NCBI RefSeq assembly: GCF_900115785.1
Contig: NZ_FOYS01000001.1
Coordinates: 875,582 to 939,581 of the forward strand
Direction of reading: 5' to 3'
DNA: 64,000 nucleotides
Source: Halogeometricum limi
GTDB lineage: Archaea > Halobacteriota > Halobacteria > Halobacteriales > Haloferacaceae
Each line of letters starts with the position of its first letter. Positions within the stretch are counted from its first letter, which is position 1. Positions 9,333 through 18,131 of the stretch are shown here, one piece after another. The translations under genes and the position numbers were made by a program. Under the pieces are notes generated by a model, which searched no databases, was not told the DNA's origin, and worked only from the letters and a program-made list of their open reading frames with translations.

Positions 9333-10526
9333 ATGGATTCGAGGGGCGCTACCGGCGCGGTCGACGCGGCCGCACAGGTAGTGGGCGGCGCCGAGTCTCT
9401 CTTCGGGTCGCACCCGGAGTTAGTCGCGGCACTCATCGTCGGGATGCTGGCGCTGGTCGGCGGCCTGTACGCGATTCTTCGGTTCAAGCGCCCGATGGGG
9501 ACGCGGTTTCTCGAACGACTCTCCGAGTTGGACGAGGTCGCGGTGCTGATGCATCCGAACCCCGACCCCGACGCGATGGCGACGGCAATCGGCGTCGCCT
9601 GCCTCGCCGAACAGGTCGGAACGACCGCGAAGATACAGTACTCCGGGCAGATACGCCACCAGGAGAACCGCGCGTTCGAGACGGTGTTGGACCTCGATTT
9701 GGAGGCCATCGACCACGTCACCGACCTCGGCGCGGAACACGTCGTCCTCGTCGACCACAACAGACCCCGGGGGTTCGCGGGCGCCGACGGCGTCCTCCCG
9801 TTCGCCGTCGTCGACCACCACCCCGGTGAGGGGACGGGCGAACAGTTCACCGACGTGCGAACGGACTACGGGGCGTGTTCGAGCATCGTCGCCGAGTACT
9901 TCCGGGACATCGGCGCGAAACCGGTCCCCCCGGACCGCCACGCGAGTGAAGTCGGCTCGGAGTACACGATACCGTCGACCGTTGCGACGGGCCTGCTCTA
10001 CGGCATCCTCACCGACACGAAGCGACTGACCGCCGGGTGTTCGGAGGCCGACTTCACGGCCGCCGGCTACCTCTACCCCGGCGTCGACGAGGACATCCTC
10101 GACAGAGTCGCCAACCCGGAGGTGTCCAAGGAGGTGCTGGAACTGAAGGCGCGCGCCATCGCGGGACGCGACGTCCGCGGCCCGTTCGCCGTCAGCGACA
10201 TCGGGACGCTCTCGAACGTGGACGCCATCCCGCAGGCCGCGGACGAACTCATCCAGTTGGAGGGCGTCACCGCCGTCGTCGTCTGCGGCGAACGCGACGG
10301 AACGCTGTTTCTCTCGGGGCGGTCACGCGACGACAGAGTCCACATGGGACGGACGCTCGAACACGCCCTCGACAACGTTCCCGGGGCCTCGGCGGGTGGA
10401 CACGCCCGGATGGGCGGCGGCCAGATTCCCCAACGAGAGGGCCGCATCCTCACCGACGGCGGCGACGCCCTCACCCGGACGACGCTCTGTGAACGACTGT
10501 TCGACGCGATGTCGGGCGACGTCTGA
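9333..10526 (+). CDS. DHH/DHHA1-family phosphoesterase (NrnA-like) with an N-terminal TM helix
   Basis: DHH motifs (LVDHNRP, VVDHHP) and a C-terminal GGGH-type DHHA1 motif (GGHARMGGGQ). Confidence 0.75.
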   Translation: MDSRGATGAVDAAAQVVGGAESLFGSHPELVAALIVGMLALVGGLYAILRFKRPMGTRFLERLSELDEVAVLMHPNPDPDAMATAIGVACLAEQVGTTAKIQYSGQIRHQENRAFETVLDLDLEAIDHVTDLGAEHVVLVDHNRPRGFAGADGVLPFAVVDHHPGEGTGEQFTDVRTDYGACSSIVAEYFRDIGAKPVPPDRHASEVGSEYTIPSTVATGLLYGILTDTKRLTAGCSEADFTAAGYLYPGVDEDILDRVANPEVSKEVLELKARAIAGRDVRGPFAVSDIGTLSNVDAIPQAADELIQLEGVTAVVVCGERDGTLFLSGRSRDDRVHMGRTLEHALDNVPGASAGGHARMGGGQIPQREGRILTDGGDALTRTTLCERLFDAMSGDV

Positions 10527-10604
10527 GTTCCCTCCGCACTCCGTTTTTCCGAACTCTCCTCGCGAGTCGGTGCCCGTTTACCCGCACGCCGCGTAGCCCC
10601 CTCC

Positions 10605-11699
10605 ATGGCGACGACAGCGGGCACGTGGAGCTATCGTGACCGATTCGGCGACGCGTTCGCTCGGACCTTCTTTCGGCGGTTCGGGCCGGGCGTCGTCTCC
10701 AGCATCGGGGTCGGAACGTACCTCGGCGACGCGACGGACGACGCGGACGCCGACTACCGCGAGGCGGTGCGGACGGCGCTCGACTCGGGAATCAACCTCG
10801 TCGACACGGCCGTCAACTACCGCTGCCAGCGGAGCGAACGCGCCGTCGGCGACGCACTCCGCGAGAGCGACGCCGACCGGTCGGAAGTCGTCCTCGCGAC
10901 GAAAGGCGGATTCGTCCCCTTCGACGGGTCGCGCCCCGACGACCCCGGCGCGTACGTCCGCGACGAGTTCGTGCGGACGGGTCTGGTCGGCACCGACGAC
11001 TTGGCGCACGGCAGTCACTCGCTCGCGCCGGGATTCCTCGCCGAACTGTTCGACAGGTCGCTGGAGAACCTCGGCGTCGACGCCGTCGACTGCTACTACG
11101 TCCACAACCCGGAGACGCAGTTGGCCGTCCGGTCCCGCGAGGACGTGTACGACCAGTTGGAGGCGGCGTTCGAACTACTGGAGGAGAAGCGACTCGCCGG
11201 CGAACTGGGCGTCTACGGCGTCGCCACGTGGGAGGCGTTCCGCGTCCCGCGCGGCCACGACTCGTATCTCTCGCTCCCCGAGGTAGTCGCCCGCGCCGAA
11301 CGCGCCGCCGAGTCGGCGGGCGCGGACGACTGCGGTTTCTCGGCCGTCCAACTGCCGTTCAACGTGCAGATGGCGGACGCGTTCACCGTCGAGGCGCACG
11401 CGCACCCGGACGGCGACGGCGACGTGAGCGCCCTCTGGTACGCACAGGAGGCCGGACTCGACGTGTTCGCGAGCGCGAGTCTCGGACAGGGTTCGCTCGC
11501 GGCGTCGATTCCGGAGACGGTGGACGCGCAACTGTCGGGCGACACGGCGGCGCAACGGGCCATCAACTTCGCGCGGAGTGCGCCGGGGGTCACGGGCGCA
11601 CTCGTCGGCACCGGGTCGCCGGAACACGTCGCGGAGAACGTCGCCGCCGGGACGTTCGAACCGCTCGGCGCCCGCGCCTTCGACGCCGTGTTCGAGTAG
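10605..11699 (+). CDS. Aldo/keto reductase
   Basis: AKR signature elements (GINLVDTAVNYR, LATKGG) and length of 364 aa. Confidence 0.75.
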   Translation: MATTAGTWSYRDRFGDAFARTFFRRFGPGVVSSIGVGTYLGDATDDADADYREAVRTALDSGINLVDTAVNYRCQRSERAVGDALRESDADRSEVVLATKGGFVPFDGSRPDDPGAYVRDEFVRTGLVGTDDLAHGSHSLAPGFLAELFDRSLENLGVDAVDCYYVHNPETQLAVRSREDVYDQLEAAFELLEEKRLAGELGVYGVATWEAFRVPRGHDSYLSLPEVVARAERAAESAGADDCGFSAVQLPFNVQMADAFTVEAHAHPDGDGDVSALWYAQEAGLDVFASASLGQGSLAASIPETVDAQLSGDTAAQRAINFARSAPGVTGALVGTGSPEHVAENVAAGTFEPLGARAFDAVFE

Positions 11700-11751
11700 A
11701 CGGTGAGGTCGCCGGACGAGTGTCTGTCCGGTCGGGTCCGCGACGACGCGG

Positions 11752-11922
11752 TCAGCCGAGTTCCTTCCACTCCGTCGCGCACTCCGGACAGGTCCGAAGC
11801 GAGAACACCTCGTCGGGGTCGTTCGTCTTCTTGAGCGCTTCCCCGCAGTCGGTACAGGAGAGTCGACCGTACGTGTCTTTCTCCAACTCGCCGTCGCGAA
11901 GCCCCTTCCTCGTCGTTTTCAT
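11752..11922 (-). CDS. Small zinc-ribbon protein (56 aa)
   Basis: CTDCG...CPEC forms two CxxC pairs. Typical haloarchaeal zinc-finger micro-protein. Confidence 0.55.
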   Translation of the reverse strand: MKTTRKGLRDGELEKDTYGRLSCTDCGEALKKTNDPDEVFSLRTCPECATEWKELG

Positions 11923-12076
11923 CCCGCTTCGCCAATCGGGAGGGGGGCGTAAATAGGCGCGGGGGCGGGGGAGAGAGGCCGCACGCGCCGGACCGAGCGC
12001 GCGGGACGACCCGCGGCAAGACCCGCCGGGACGACGTTCCGCAACGCTTGAAGCCCCGCGGGCGGTAGCGACGTTC

Positions 12077-13309
12077 GTGTCACGAGGCCGGCTGTTCGGA
12101 ACGCTGTGTTCGATGGTGCTACTCGTCAACCTCGCACGGGTCGTGTTCGCACCACTGCTGGAGGAACTCATCACCGTCTTCTCCATCGGCGAGGGGACGG
12201 CCGGTCTCATCGCGACGCTCGTCTGGGTCGGAAGCGCGCTTCCGCGAATCCCGACCGGATGGGTGCTGACGCGCGTCCCGCGCCACCGCGTCGTCCTCGG
12301 GACGGGCGTCGTCCTGACGGGCGCGTCCGTGTTCACCGCCGCCGCCGACTCCGTCGTCATGGTCGGCGCGGGTGCGCTGTTGATGGGGCTCTCTTCCGGC
12401 GTCTACTTCGTCTCGGCGAACCCGCTCGTGAGCGAACTCTACCCCGAACGCGTCGGGCGGGCGATGGGTATCCACGGGACCGCGAGCCAACTGGCCGCCG
12501 TCGTCGCCGCGCCGTTCGCGACGCTCGTCCTCTCCCTGTTCGTCGACTGGCGCGTCGTCTTCGTCTGTATCGGCGTCGCCGCGTTCCTCGCGACCATGGC
12601 GTTCTACCGGACTGCGAAGGCGACGGACCTCCCGGACGCCGGGTCGTCCGACAGAGACCTGTTGGGCGCGGCGCGGACGCAGTGGAAGATAATCCTCCTC
12701 GGCGTCGTCATCCTCGGCTTCACCGGCTTCGTCTGGCAGGGCCTCTTCAACTTCTACGAACTGTACATGGAGACGAAGGGTCTCGCGGACGCGACGGCCA
12801 AGAACATGCTGACGCTCATCTTCGCCGCGGGCGTCCCCGCCTTCTTCTTCTCGGGGAAACTCGTCGACCGCCTGCCCCGCATCCCGTACCTGCTCTCCAT
12901 CGTCGTCGTGTTCGTCGTCAGCGTCCTCGTCCTGACGCGGACGACCGGACTCGTCCCCCTCCTCGTCGTCACCGCGGTCATCGGCTACACCATCCACAGT
13001 CTGTTTCCCGCGCTCGACACCTACCTCCTCGACACGCTCCCCGACGAGAACCGCGCGAGCGCGTACGCCGTCTACTCCGCGGGCATGATGGTCGTGCAAG
13101 CGTCGGGGTCGTCCGCCGTCGGCCTCCTGCGCGAGGGTGGCGACGCCTACGAACTCGTCCGCGGTCTGTTCGAGGCCCTCCCGATGCTCGGGAGTCTTCC
13201 GGCGGGTGGCCTCTCCTACGACGCCATCTTCACCGGCCTCTCTATCGGTCTCGGCGTCGTCGTCGTCGCCCTCGTCACCCTCCAGCGTCGGGGCCGACTC
13301 CCGAACTGA
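12077..13309 (+). CDS. MFS transporter. GTG start at 12077; an ATG at 12113 is an alternative.
   Basis: About 12 hydrophobic segments and an MFS-like loop motif after TM2. Confidence 0.75.
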   Translation: MSRGRLFGTLCSMVLLVNLARVVFAPLLEELITVFSIGEGTAGLIATLVWVGSALPRIPTGWVLTRVPRHRVVLGTGVVLTGASVFTAAADSVVMVGAGALLMGLSSGVYFVSANPLVSELYPERVGRAMGIHGTASQLAAVVAAPFATLVLSLFVDWRVVFVCIGVAAFLATMAFYRTAKATDLPDAGSSDRDLLGAARTQWKIILLGVVILGFTGFVWQGLFNFYELYMETKGLADATAKNMLTLIFAAGVPAFFFSGKLVDRLPRIPYLLSIVVVFVVSVLVLTRTTGLVPLLVVTAVIGYTIHSLFPALDTYLLDTLPDENRASAYAVYSAGMMVVQASGSSAVGLLREGGDAYELVRGLFEALPMLGSLPAGGLSYDAIFTGLSIGLGVVVVALVTLQRRGRLPN

Positions 13310-13365
13310 CGTCTCCCGCGTCGCGACCCGCGCGCTTTTCTTCGGTCAGTCCTCACCTGCGACTG

Positions 13366-14463
13366 ATGGAGTACGTACAGGAGCGGGTGACGACGCTCCA
13401 CGACTTGGCCGACCCGGTTCCGGACGCCCCGACGGACCGGACGGCGGTTGTCGTCCCGATGACCGAACGCGAGTACGCGGGGCTGGCGGCCGACAGCGTC
13501 CTCTCGGAACTGGAGCGAATCGACCCCGCTCGGGTGGTCGTTCCGCTCCGCGCCCCCGCCGAACGGGTCGGCCCGTTTCGCGAGTGGCTCTCGGAGTACG
13601 ACCTCTCGCTCGACGTGCTGTGGTGCGACGGCCCGCGCGTCGCCGACGTGCTCGACGCCGAGGGACTGAACGGTGCGAGCGGGAAGGGCCGCGACGTGTG
13701 GTTGGCGCTCGGGTGCGCCGCGAGAGAGGAGTTCGTCGTCGTCCACGACGCCGACACGAAGACGTACGACCGGTCGTACGTCTCCCGTCTGCTCTTTCCG
13801 CTCGCGAACGGCTACCAGTTCTCGAAGGGCTACTACGCACGCGTCGAGGACAGACGGCTGTACGGCCGCCTGTTCCGCCTGTTCTACACGCCGTTGGTCC
13901 GGGCGCTCGCGGACGAGACGCCCGCCCCGATTCTGCAGTATCTCTCGGCGTTCCGCTACGCGCTGGCGGGCGAGTTCGCCGCGACGAGCGAGTTGGCGCG
14001 GTCGATTCGCGCGCCGCGGTCGTGGGGCCTCGAAGTCGGCGTCCTCGGCGACGCCTTCGACTTCGCGGGATTCGACGGGGCCGCACAGGTCGACCTGGGT
14101 GCGTACGAACACGACCACCGCGCCGTCTCCGGGCCGACCGGACTCTCGGACATGAGCGAGTCGGTCGGCGAGACGCTCTTGCGGACCGTCACCGACCACG
14201 GCGTTGCGCCCGACTTCGAGACGTTACCCGCCCGCTACCGCGACACCGCGCTCCGACTGGTCGACCAGTACGCCGCCGACGCGGCGTTCAACGGCTTCGA
14301 GTTCGACCGGGCGGGCGAACGCGAGCAAGTCGACGCCTATCTCGACGCCGTCGTCGAACCGACGGGCGCGGACGACAGACTCCCGGCGTGGTCCGACGCG
14401 CCCGTCTCGGCCGAGGAAGTCTGCGAGGCGGCCACCGCCGACGCCGAGGAGGTGTCGTCGTGA
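13366..14463 (+). CDS. Glycosyltransferase, glucosyl/mannosyl-3-phosphoglycerate synthase-like (GT2/GT81-like)
   Basis: VVVHDADT DxD-type motif; 365 aa. The reading frame was verified against the ORF track. Confidence 0.6.
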   Translation: MEYVQERVTTLHDLADPVPDAPTDRTAVVVPMTEREYAGLAADSVLSELERIDPARVVVPLRAPAERVGPFREWLSEYDLSLDVLWCDGPRVADVLDAEGLNGASGKGRDVWLALGCAAREEFVVVHDADTKTYDRSYVSRLLFPLANGYQFSKGYYARVEDRRLYGRLFRLFYTPLVRALADETPAPILQYLSAFRYALAGEFAATSELARSIRAPRSWGLEVGVLGDAFDFAGFDGAAQVDLGAYEHDHRAVSGPTGLSDMSESVGETLLRTVTDHGVAPDFETLPARYRDTALRLVDQYAADAAFNGFEFDRAGEREQVDAYLDAVVEPTGADDRLPAWSDAPVSAEEVCEAATADAEEVSS

Positions 14464-14954
14464 CCGCCGACGAAGCGCTGTACGACGACTTGGCGGGCGT
14501 CGTCGACCTGTTCGACGGCCTCTCGACGCGGGAGTTAGAACGCGCGCTCGAGGAACTCGCGTTCAAACAGGGTCGCGACGCCGACGCCGACGCGTTGGCG
14601 GCGGCCGTCGACGGTGCCGTCTCGGACTACTACCTCGCGACGGCGACGCACGAGGACGGCGAAGACGACGTCGAACTGGTCGTCCCGGGCCCCGTCGCGT
14701 TCCCGTCGCTGCCGGAGAACGCCGAGGACCTACCGCACATCTTGGACGTGGACGACCGGACGGTGGACGAGAGCGCGGTCACCGAGGCGACGCTCTCTCG
14801 ACTCCGCGAGGACGCCGACGCGGCCGTCGAGACCGGCGACGAGGGACGTCTCCGGCACCTCCTCGACGTGACGTACGACGTGGAACTGTGGGCGTCCGCC
14901 GACGTGGACGTGAGCAGCGTCCGGTCGCGTCTGGAGAGCGAACTCGACGAGTAG
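14460..14954 (+). CDS. Acidic hypothetical protein, translationally coupled to the glycosyltransferase
   Basis: GTG start overlapping the upstream TGA (GTGA). Sustained acidic coding frame of 164 aa. Confidence 0.45.
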   Translation: MTADEALYDDLAGVVDLFDGLSTRELERALEELAFKQGRDADADALAAAVDGAVSDYYLATATHEDGEDDVELVVPGPVAFPSLPENAEDLPHILDVDDRTVDESAVTEATLSRLREDADAAVETGDEGRLRHLLDVTYDVELWASADVDVSSVRSRLESELDE

Positions 14955-15042
14955 CACCGGTTCGGTTCGAGAGCGACTCTGCGGCACCCTCGGAGTTCGA
15001 CAGACGTGGCGTACTGACCACAGGAAACGCCGTCGGATTCAT

Positions 15043-15078
15043 CCCCGCGCTAAAGCACGGGGCTTTCTCCTTGATTTT
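15043..15078 (+). terminator. Candidate terminator: stem-loop CCCCG...CGGGG followed by a pyrimidine/T-rich tract (CTTTCTCCTTGATTTTCC)
   Basis: Lies about 90 nt downstream of the 14460-14954 gene. Archaeal terminators are oligo-T tracts, often after hairpins. Confidence 0.3.
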
Positions 15079-15310
15079 CCGGTAACCCCCGCTCGTTCGT
15101 TCCGGCTTCGAGTCGCTGAGTAGGTCGATAGACCGATGTGCCTGTGGCTCGCGGGCAGCGCTCGACGCGACGACTGATTCTCTCCTGTACCGCAGTCGGG
15201 GTCACGCTTCTGGATACGGTTCTCAAAGGCGCTTCGTGGCCCACAGTCATCGTCGCCCCCGATAGTGCACACGGAGTGATTTCGACGGGAGAAACGACGA
15301 ACCCGAGTAA

Positions 15311-15374
15311 TTAGACTAGTCTAAACATTATATTTGATAGAAGCTATTATATATTTCATCTAGTCATTGACTAG
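15311..15374 (+). promoter_or_regulatory. AT-rich promoter region. A perfect palindrome TTAGACTAGTCTAA (15311-15324) sits upstream of a TATA-like ATTATATAT, and a second palindrome CTAGTCAtTGACTAG (15360-15374) sits between the TATA and the ATG at 15381.
   Basis: Both palindromes share a GACTAG/CTAGTC core. Their positions correspond to activator (upstream of BRE/TATA) and repressor (TATA-to-TSS) operator locations in archaeal promoters. Confidence 0.45.
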
Positions 15375-15380
15375 CCGACG

Positions 15381-15632
15381 ATGGACGATACGACGCAGTC
15401 GAACTCGGAGCATCGATTCTCACGCAGAAGAGCGACTACTGCCGGTACAGAACTTGCCGTTTCTGGCATCGCCGGATGTACGGACAGCAGCGGCAGCACC
15501 GAAGTCGAACTCACGAGTGGCTCGACCAACGGGCGCACAACTGGAGACGGGCTTGTCGAGCGATTGTTCGGCGTGACGCAGGTCGAGGACCGTGCGCTCG
15601 GTCGCATCGGGGTGGTCGCCCATGGGGAGTGA
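15381..15632 (+). CDS. Small ORF (83 aa) with a Tat-like RRR motif and lipobox-like AGC. Possibly a secreted micro-protein or a remnant.
   Basis: Leaderless ATG about 27 nt after the TATA. It has lower GC3 than neighbouring genes and overlaps the DoxX start in another frame. Confidence 0.3.
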   Translation: MDDTTQSNSEHRFSRRRATTAGTELAVSGIAGCTDSSGSTEVELTSGSTNGRTTGDGLVERLFGVTQVEDRALGRIGVVAHGE

Positions 15633-16143
15633 AAAACCGAGCGTGTCTCGTCTGGTCGACGAGTCGGGAGCCGGACCCGGGAGACTAGCCACCGTTGCGC
15701 TGGTGGTTCTCCGTATTGGCCTCGGGTGGATTTTCTTCTATTCTGGGCTGACGAAAGTGCTCGACCCCGACTGGACCGCCTCGGGCTATCTGACCAACGC
15801 GGTGCCCGACGGAAACCCCTTCGCAGCCCTGTGGCCAGTGCTGGCGAACGTACCGCTCGTCGACGTGTTGGTTCAGTGGGGAATGGTGTTGACGGGTGTC
15901 GGGCTCATCGTCGGTGCGCTGGTTCGCTGGAACGCGTTCTGGGCTTCGTTCATGATGCTCACCTTCTGGGCGAGTAGCCTCCCGTTAGAGAACGGATTAC
16001 TCGTCGACAGCCACGTCATCTACATCATCGCTCTCACTGGTGTGGCGTCACTCGGCGTCGGTCGCGTCGCAGGCTTCGACGGGGTTATCGAATCGACGAG
16101 TCTCGTCAAACGCCACCCGCGACTACGCTATCTCCTCGGCTGA
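15622..16143 (+). CDS. DoxX-family membrane protein
   Basis: Four hydrophobic segments of DoxX-like topology (LRIGLGWIFFYSGLTK). Confidence 0.65.
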   Translation: MGSEKPSVSRLVDESGAGPGRLATVALVVLRIGLGWIFFYSGLTKVLDPDWTASGYLTNAVPDGNPFAALWPVLANVPLVDVLVQWGMVLTGVGLIVGALVRWNAFWASFMMLTFWASSLPLENGLLVDSHVIYIIALTGVASLGVGRVAGFDGVIESTSLVKRHPRLRYLLG

Positions 16144-16437
16144 CGTCTCTGAAAGCGAAACGCCGAACTTCACGAGAGAACCGCGCACCGTCTCGGTCCG
16201 AGTCGCCCCCAATACCGACCGGCCAGTGGCCGATACGCGACCTGTATTCGGCGCAGTCCGGACGAGCGATGGCGCACTGTGGACTCTCGAAAGAGCTGTT
16301 CGGTTCGGGTTACGTACTAGTCTCGACGGGGAATCGCGTCTGACTGGACCGGAGCCACCTGGGTCCCGTCCGCGGGCGGCGAGGTTCGCGGACGCCGCGA
16401 GAGCTAAGCCTAAGCCCCTCCGACAGTTCGAACCAGT

Positions 16438-17037
16438 ATGGACCTCTCGCGGGTGTCGTCGCACGACGCCGAGACGCTGACGGGTGCGGACCGGCAGGCG
16501 GCCGTCGTCGCCCCCATCCTCGTCCGCGACGGCGAGGACCACGTCCTGTTCACGAAGCGCGCGGACCACCTCGGCGAACACCCCGGGCAGATGAGTTTCC
16601 CCGGGGGGACGCGCGAACCGAGCGACGCGGACCTGCAAGCGACCGCACTCCGCGAGGCCGACGAAGAGATCGGACTGAAAGCGGACGAGGTCGAGTTCTA
16701 CGGCCGACTGGACGACATCGGCACGGTGACCGACTACTCGGTGACCCCGTTCGTCGCCCGCGTGCCCGACCGGACGTACGACCCCGACGAACGCGAAGTC
16801 GCCGAAATCGCCGTTCTCGCGGAGTCGGACCTCACGGACCTCTCGAACTACGAGTCCGAAGAGCGGATGCACCCGAAGTACGGCCAACACCGCCTGCACT
16901 TCTTCCACGTCGACGGCTACACCGTCTGGGGGGCGACCGGACGGATGCTCGTGCAACTCCTCGAACTCACGACCGACTGGGAGGCCCCGCCCGAACCCGA
17001 CAGGGTGGTCGACCCCGACGCGGACCTGCCTCTGTAG
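16438..17037 (+). CDS. NUDIX hydrolase (CoA pyrophosphatase-like)
   Basis: Nudix box GGTREPSDADLQATALREADEEIGL (Gx5Ex7REuxEExGu). Confidence 0.8.
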   Translation: MDLSRVSSHDAETLTGADRQAAVVAPILVRDGEDHVLFTKRADHLGEHPGQMSFPGGTREPSDADLQATALREADEEIGLKADEVEFYGRLDDIGTVTDYSVTPFVARVPDRTYDPDEREVAEIAVLAESDLTDLSNYESEERMHPKYGQHRLHFFHVDGYTVWGATGRMLVQLLELTTDWEAPPEPDRVVDPDADLPL

Positions 17038-17251
17038 CGCCGCCGTCGACGCGCCGTCCCGACCGCACGCCGCCCGGCCGGACGCCACCCCGAGCGCATG
17101 CCCACCGACCGCACGCTACCCGAGCGCAATACCTGCCGCCCCCCGACGAGTTTATCCCGCCCGCTGGGCAACAGGAGGCTACATGGTCGCACAGACGATT
17201 GATCGCGTTCCGCGACGACGATAGCCTCCCTCTCGTGAGTAGTGATATCCG

Positions 17252-18034
17252 ATGTTGACCGGTGAGCGCAGCGTCTCGCAGACGGGCCTCGACGCGGTGG
17301 CCCTGAAGCCGAAAGAGTGCGACGTGCGGGCGGCCCTCGACACGCCGTTCGGCACCGTCGCCATCGACTACGAGGGCCGAGAACACCTCCCCGACGCCGA
17401 CGTCCTCCGCGAACTGAGCGAGGCGAAGGAGGTCCGTCTCACGACGCCCGTCCGCGCCGACGGCTTCGACCCGACGGGCGACGACGAGTTGTGGGAGTGG
17501 GTGCCCGAGGGCGTCCGTCGCGTCCTCGTCGCCGGCCACGCCGCCTACCTCACCGAGACCGAGCGTCGCCGCGCCGTCTCGCCGCGTCTCGCCGCCGCCA
17601 TCGAACGCGCGCCGGACGCGTGGGTCGGCACCGAGGGTATCGAACGCGTCGCCCTCGCCGTCGGCGGGACGCAGTACGAACTGCTCTCGCGTTCGACGGC
17701 GCGTGACCTCCGCGCCCTCCGGGCGACGGGGTACGACGGCGAGATAGCGATATACGCGCCGACGGTGCTCTCCGACGACGAGGACGAGATTCTGGACGGC
17801 GTCGGCGCGTACGCCGCCCGTCGGCGTCCCGTCGCCAAGGCGCTCCCCGAGGACGCCGCCACCGACGCCCGCGCGACGGGTCGCGCCCGCGAGGTGCTGG
17901 GGAAAGCCGTCCGCGACTACGCTCTCGTCGGCAGCGTCGCGGACGTGCGCGAACAGGTCGCGTCGCTGAAAGAGGCGGGCGCCGACGTGGTCGTCGGCTA
18001 CCCCGCTCGCGGCGTCGACGAGTTCGCGGAGTAG
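17252..18034 (+). CDS. Conserved hypothetical protein (possible TIM-barrel, LLM-like)
   Basis: 260-aa coding frame. The C-terminal SLKEAGADVVVGYPARG resembles the tail of LLM-class oxidoreductases. The assignment is weak. Confidence 0.45.
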   Translation: MLTGERSVSQTGLDAVALKPKECDVRAALDTPFGTVAIDYEGREHLPDADVLRELSEAKEVRLTTPVRADGFDPTGDDELWEWVPEGVRRVLVAGHAAYLTETERRRAVSPRLAAAIERAPDAWVGTEGIERVALAVGGTQYELLSRSTARDLRALRATGYDGEIAIYAPTVLSDDEDEILDGVGAYAARRRPVAKALPEDAATDARATGRAREVLGKAVRDYALVGSVADVREQVASLKEAGADVVVGYPARGVDEFAE

Positions 18035-18131
18035 CCGCTTCTCGTCCTGTTCGCCGCTCGCTCTCGCCGCTCTCACCTCTCCCCCTTTCCGCGGCACCGA
18101 CTGCTAAGTACCGCCCCGACGACCGACGGGT

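Noticed and set aside
12106-14463. 785-aa ORF spanning the MFS transporter gene (off-frame) and the glycosyltransferase
   Set aside because: Only the last 365 codons, from the ATG at 13366, encode a recognisable protein. The upstream part is the Arg-rich alternative frame of the MFS gene.
15039-15272. Small minus-strand ORFs (77 and 66 aa) in the long non-coding stretch
   Set aside because: No start context or protein-like composition. The region is more likely non-coding or a decayed remnant.
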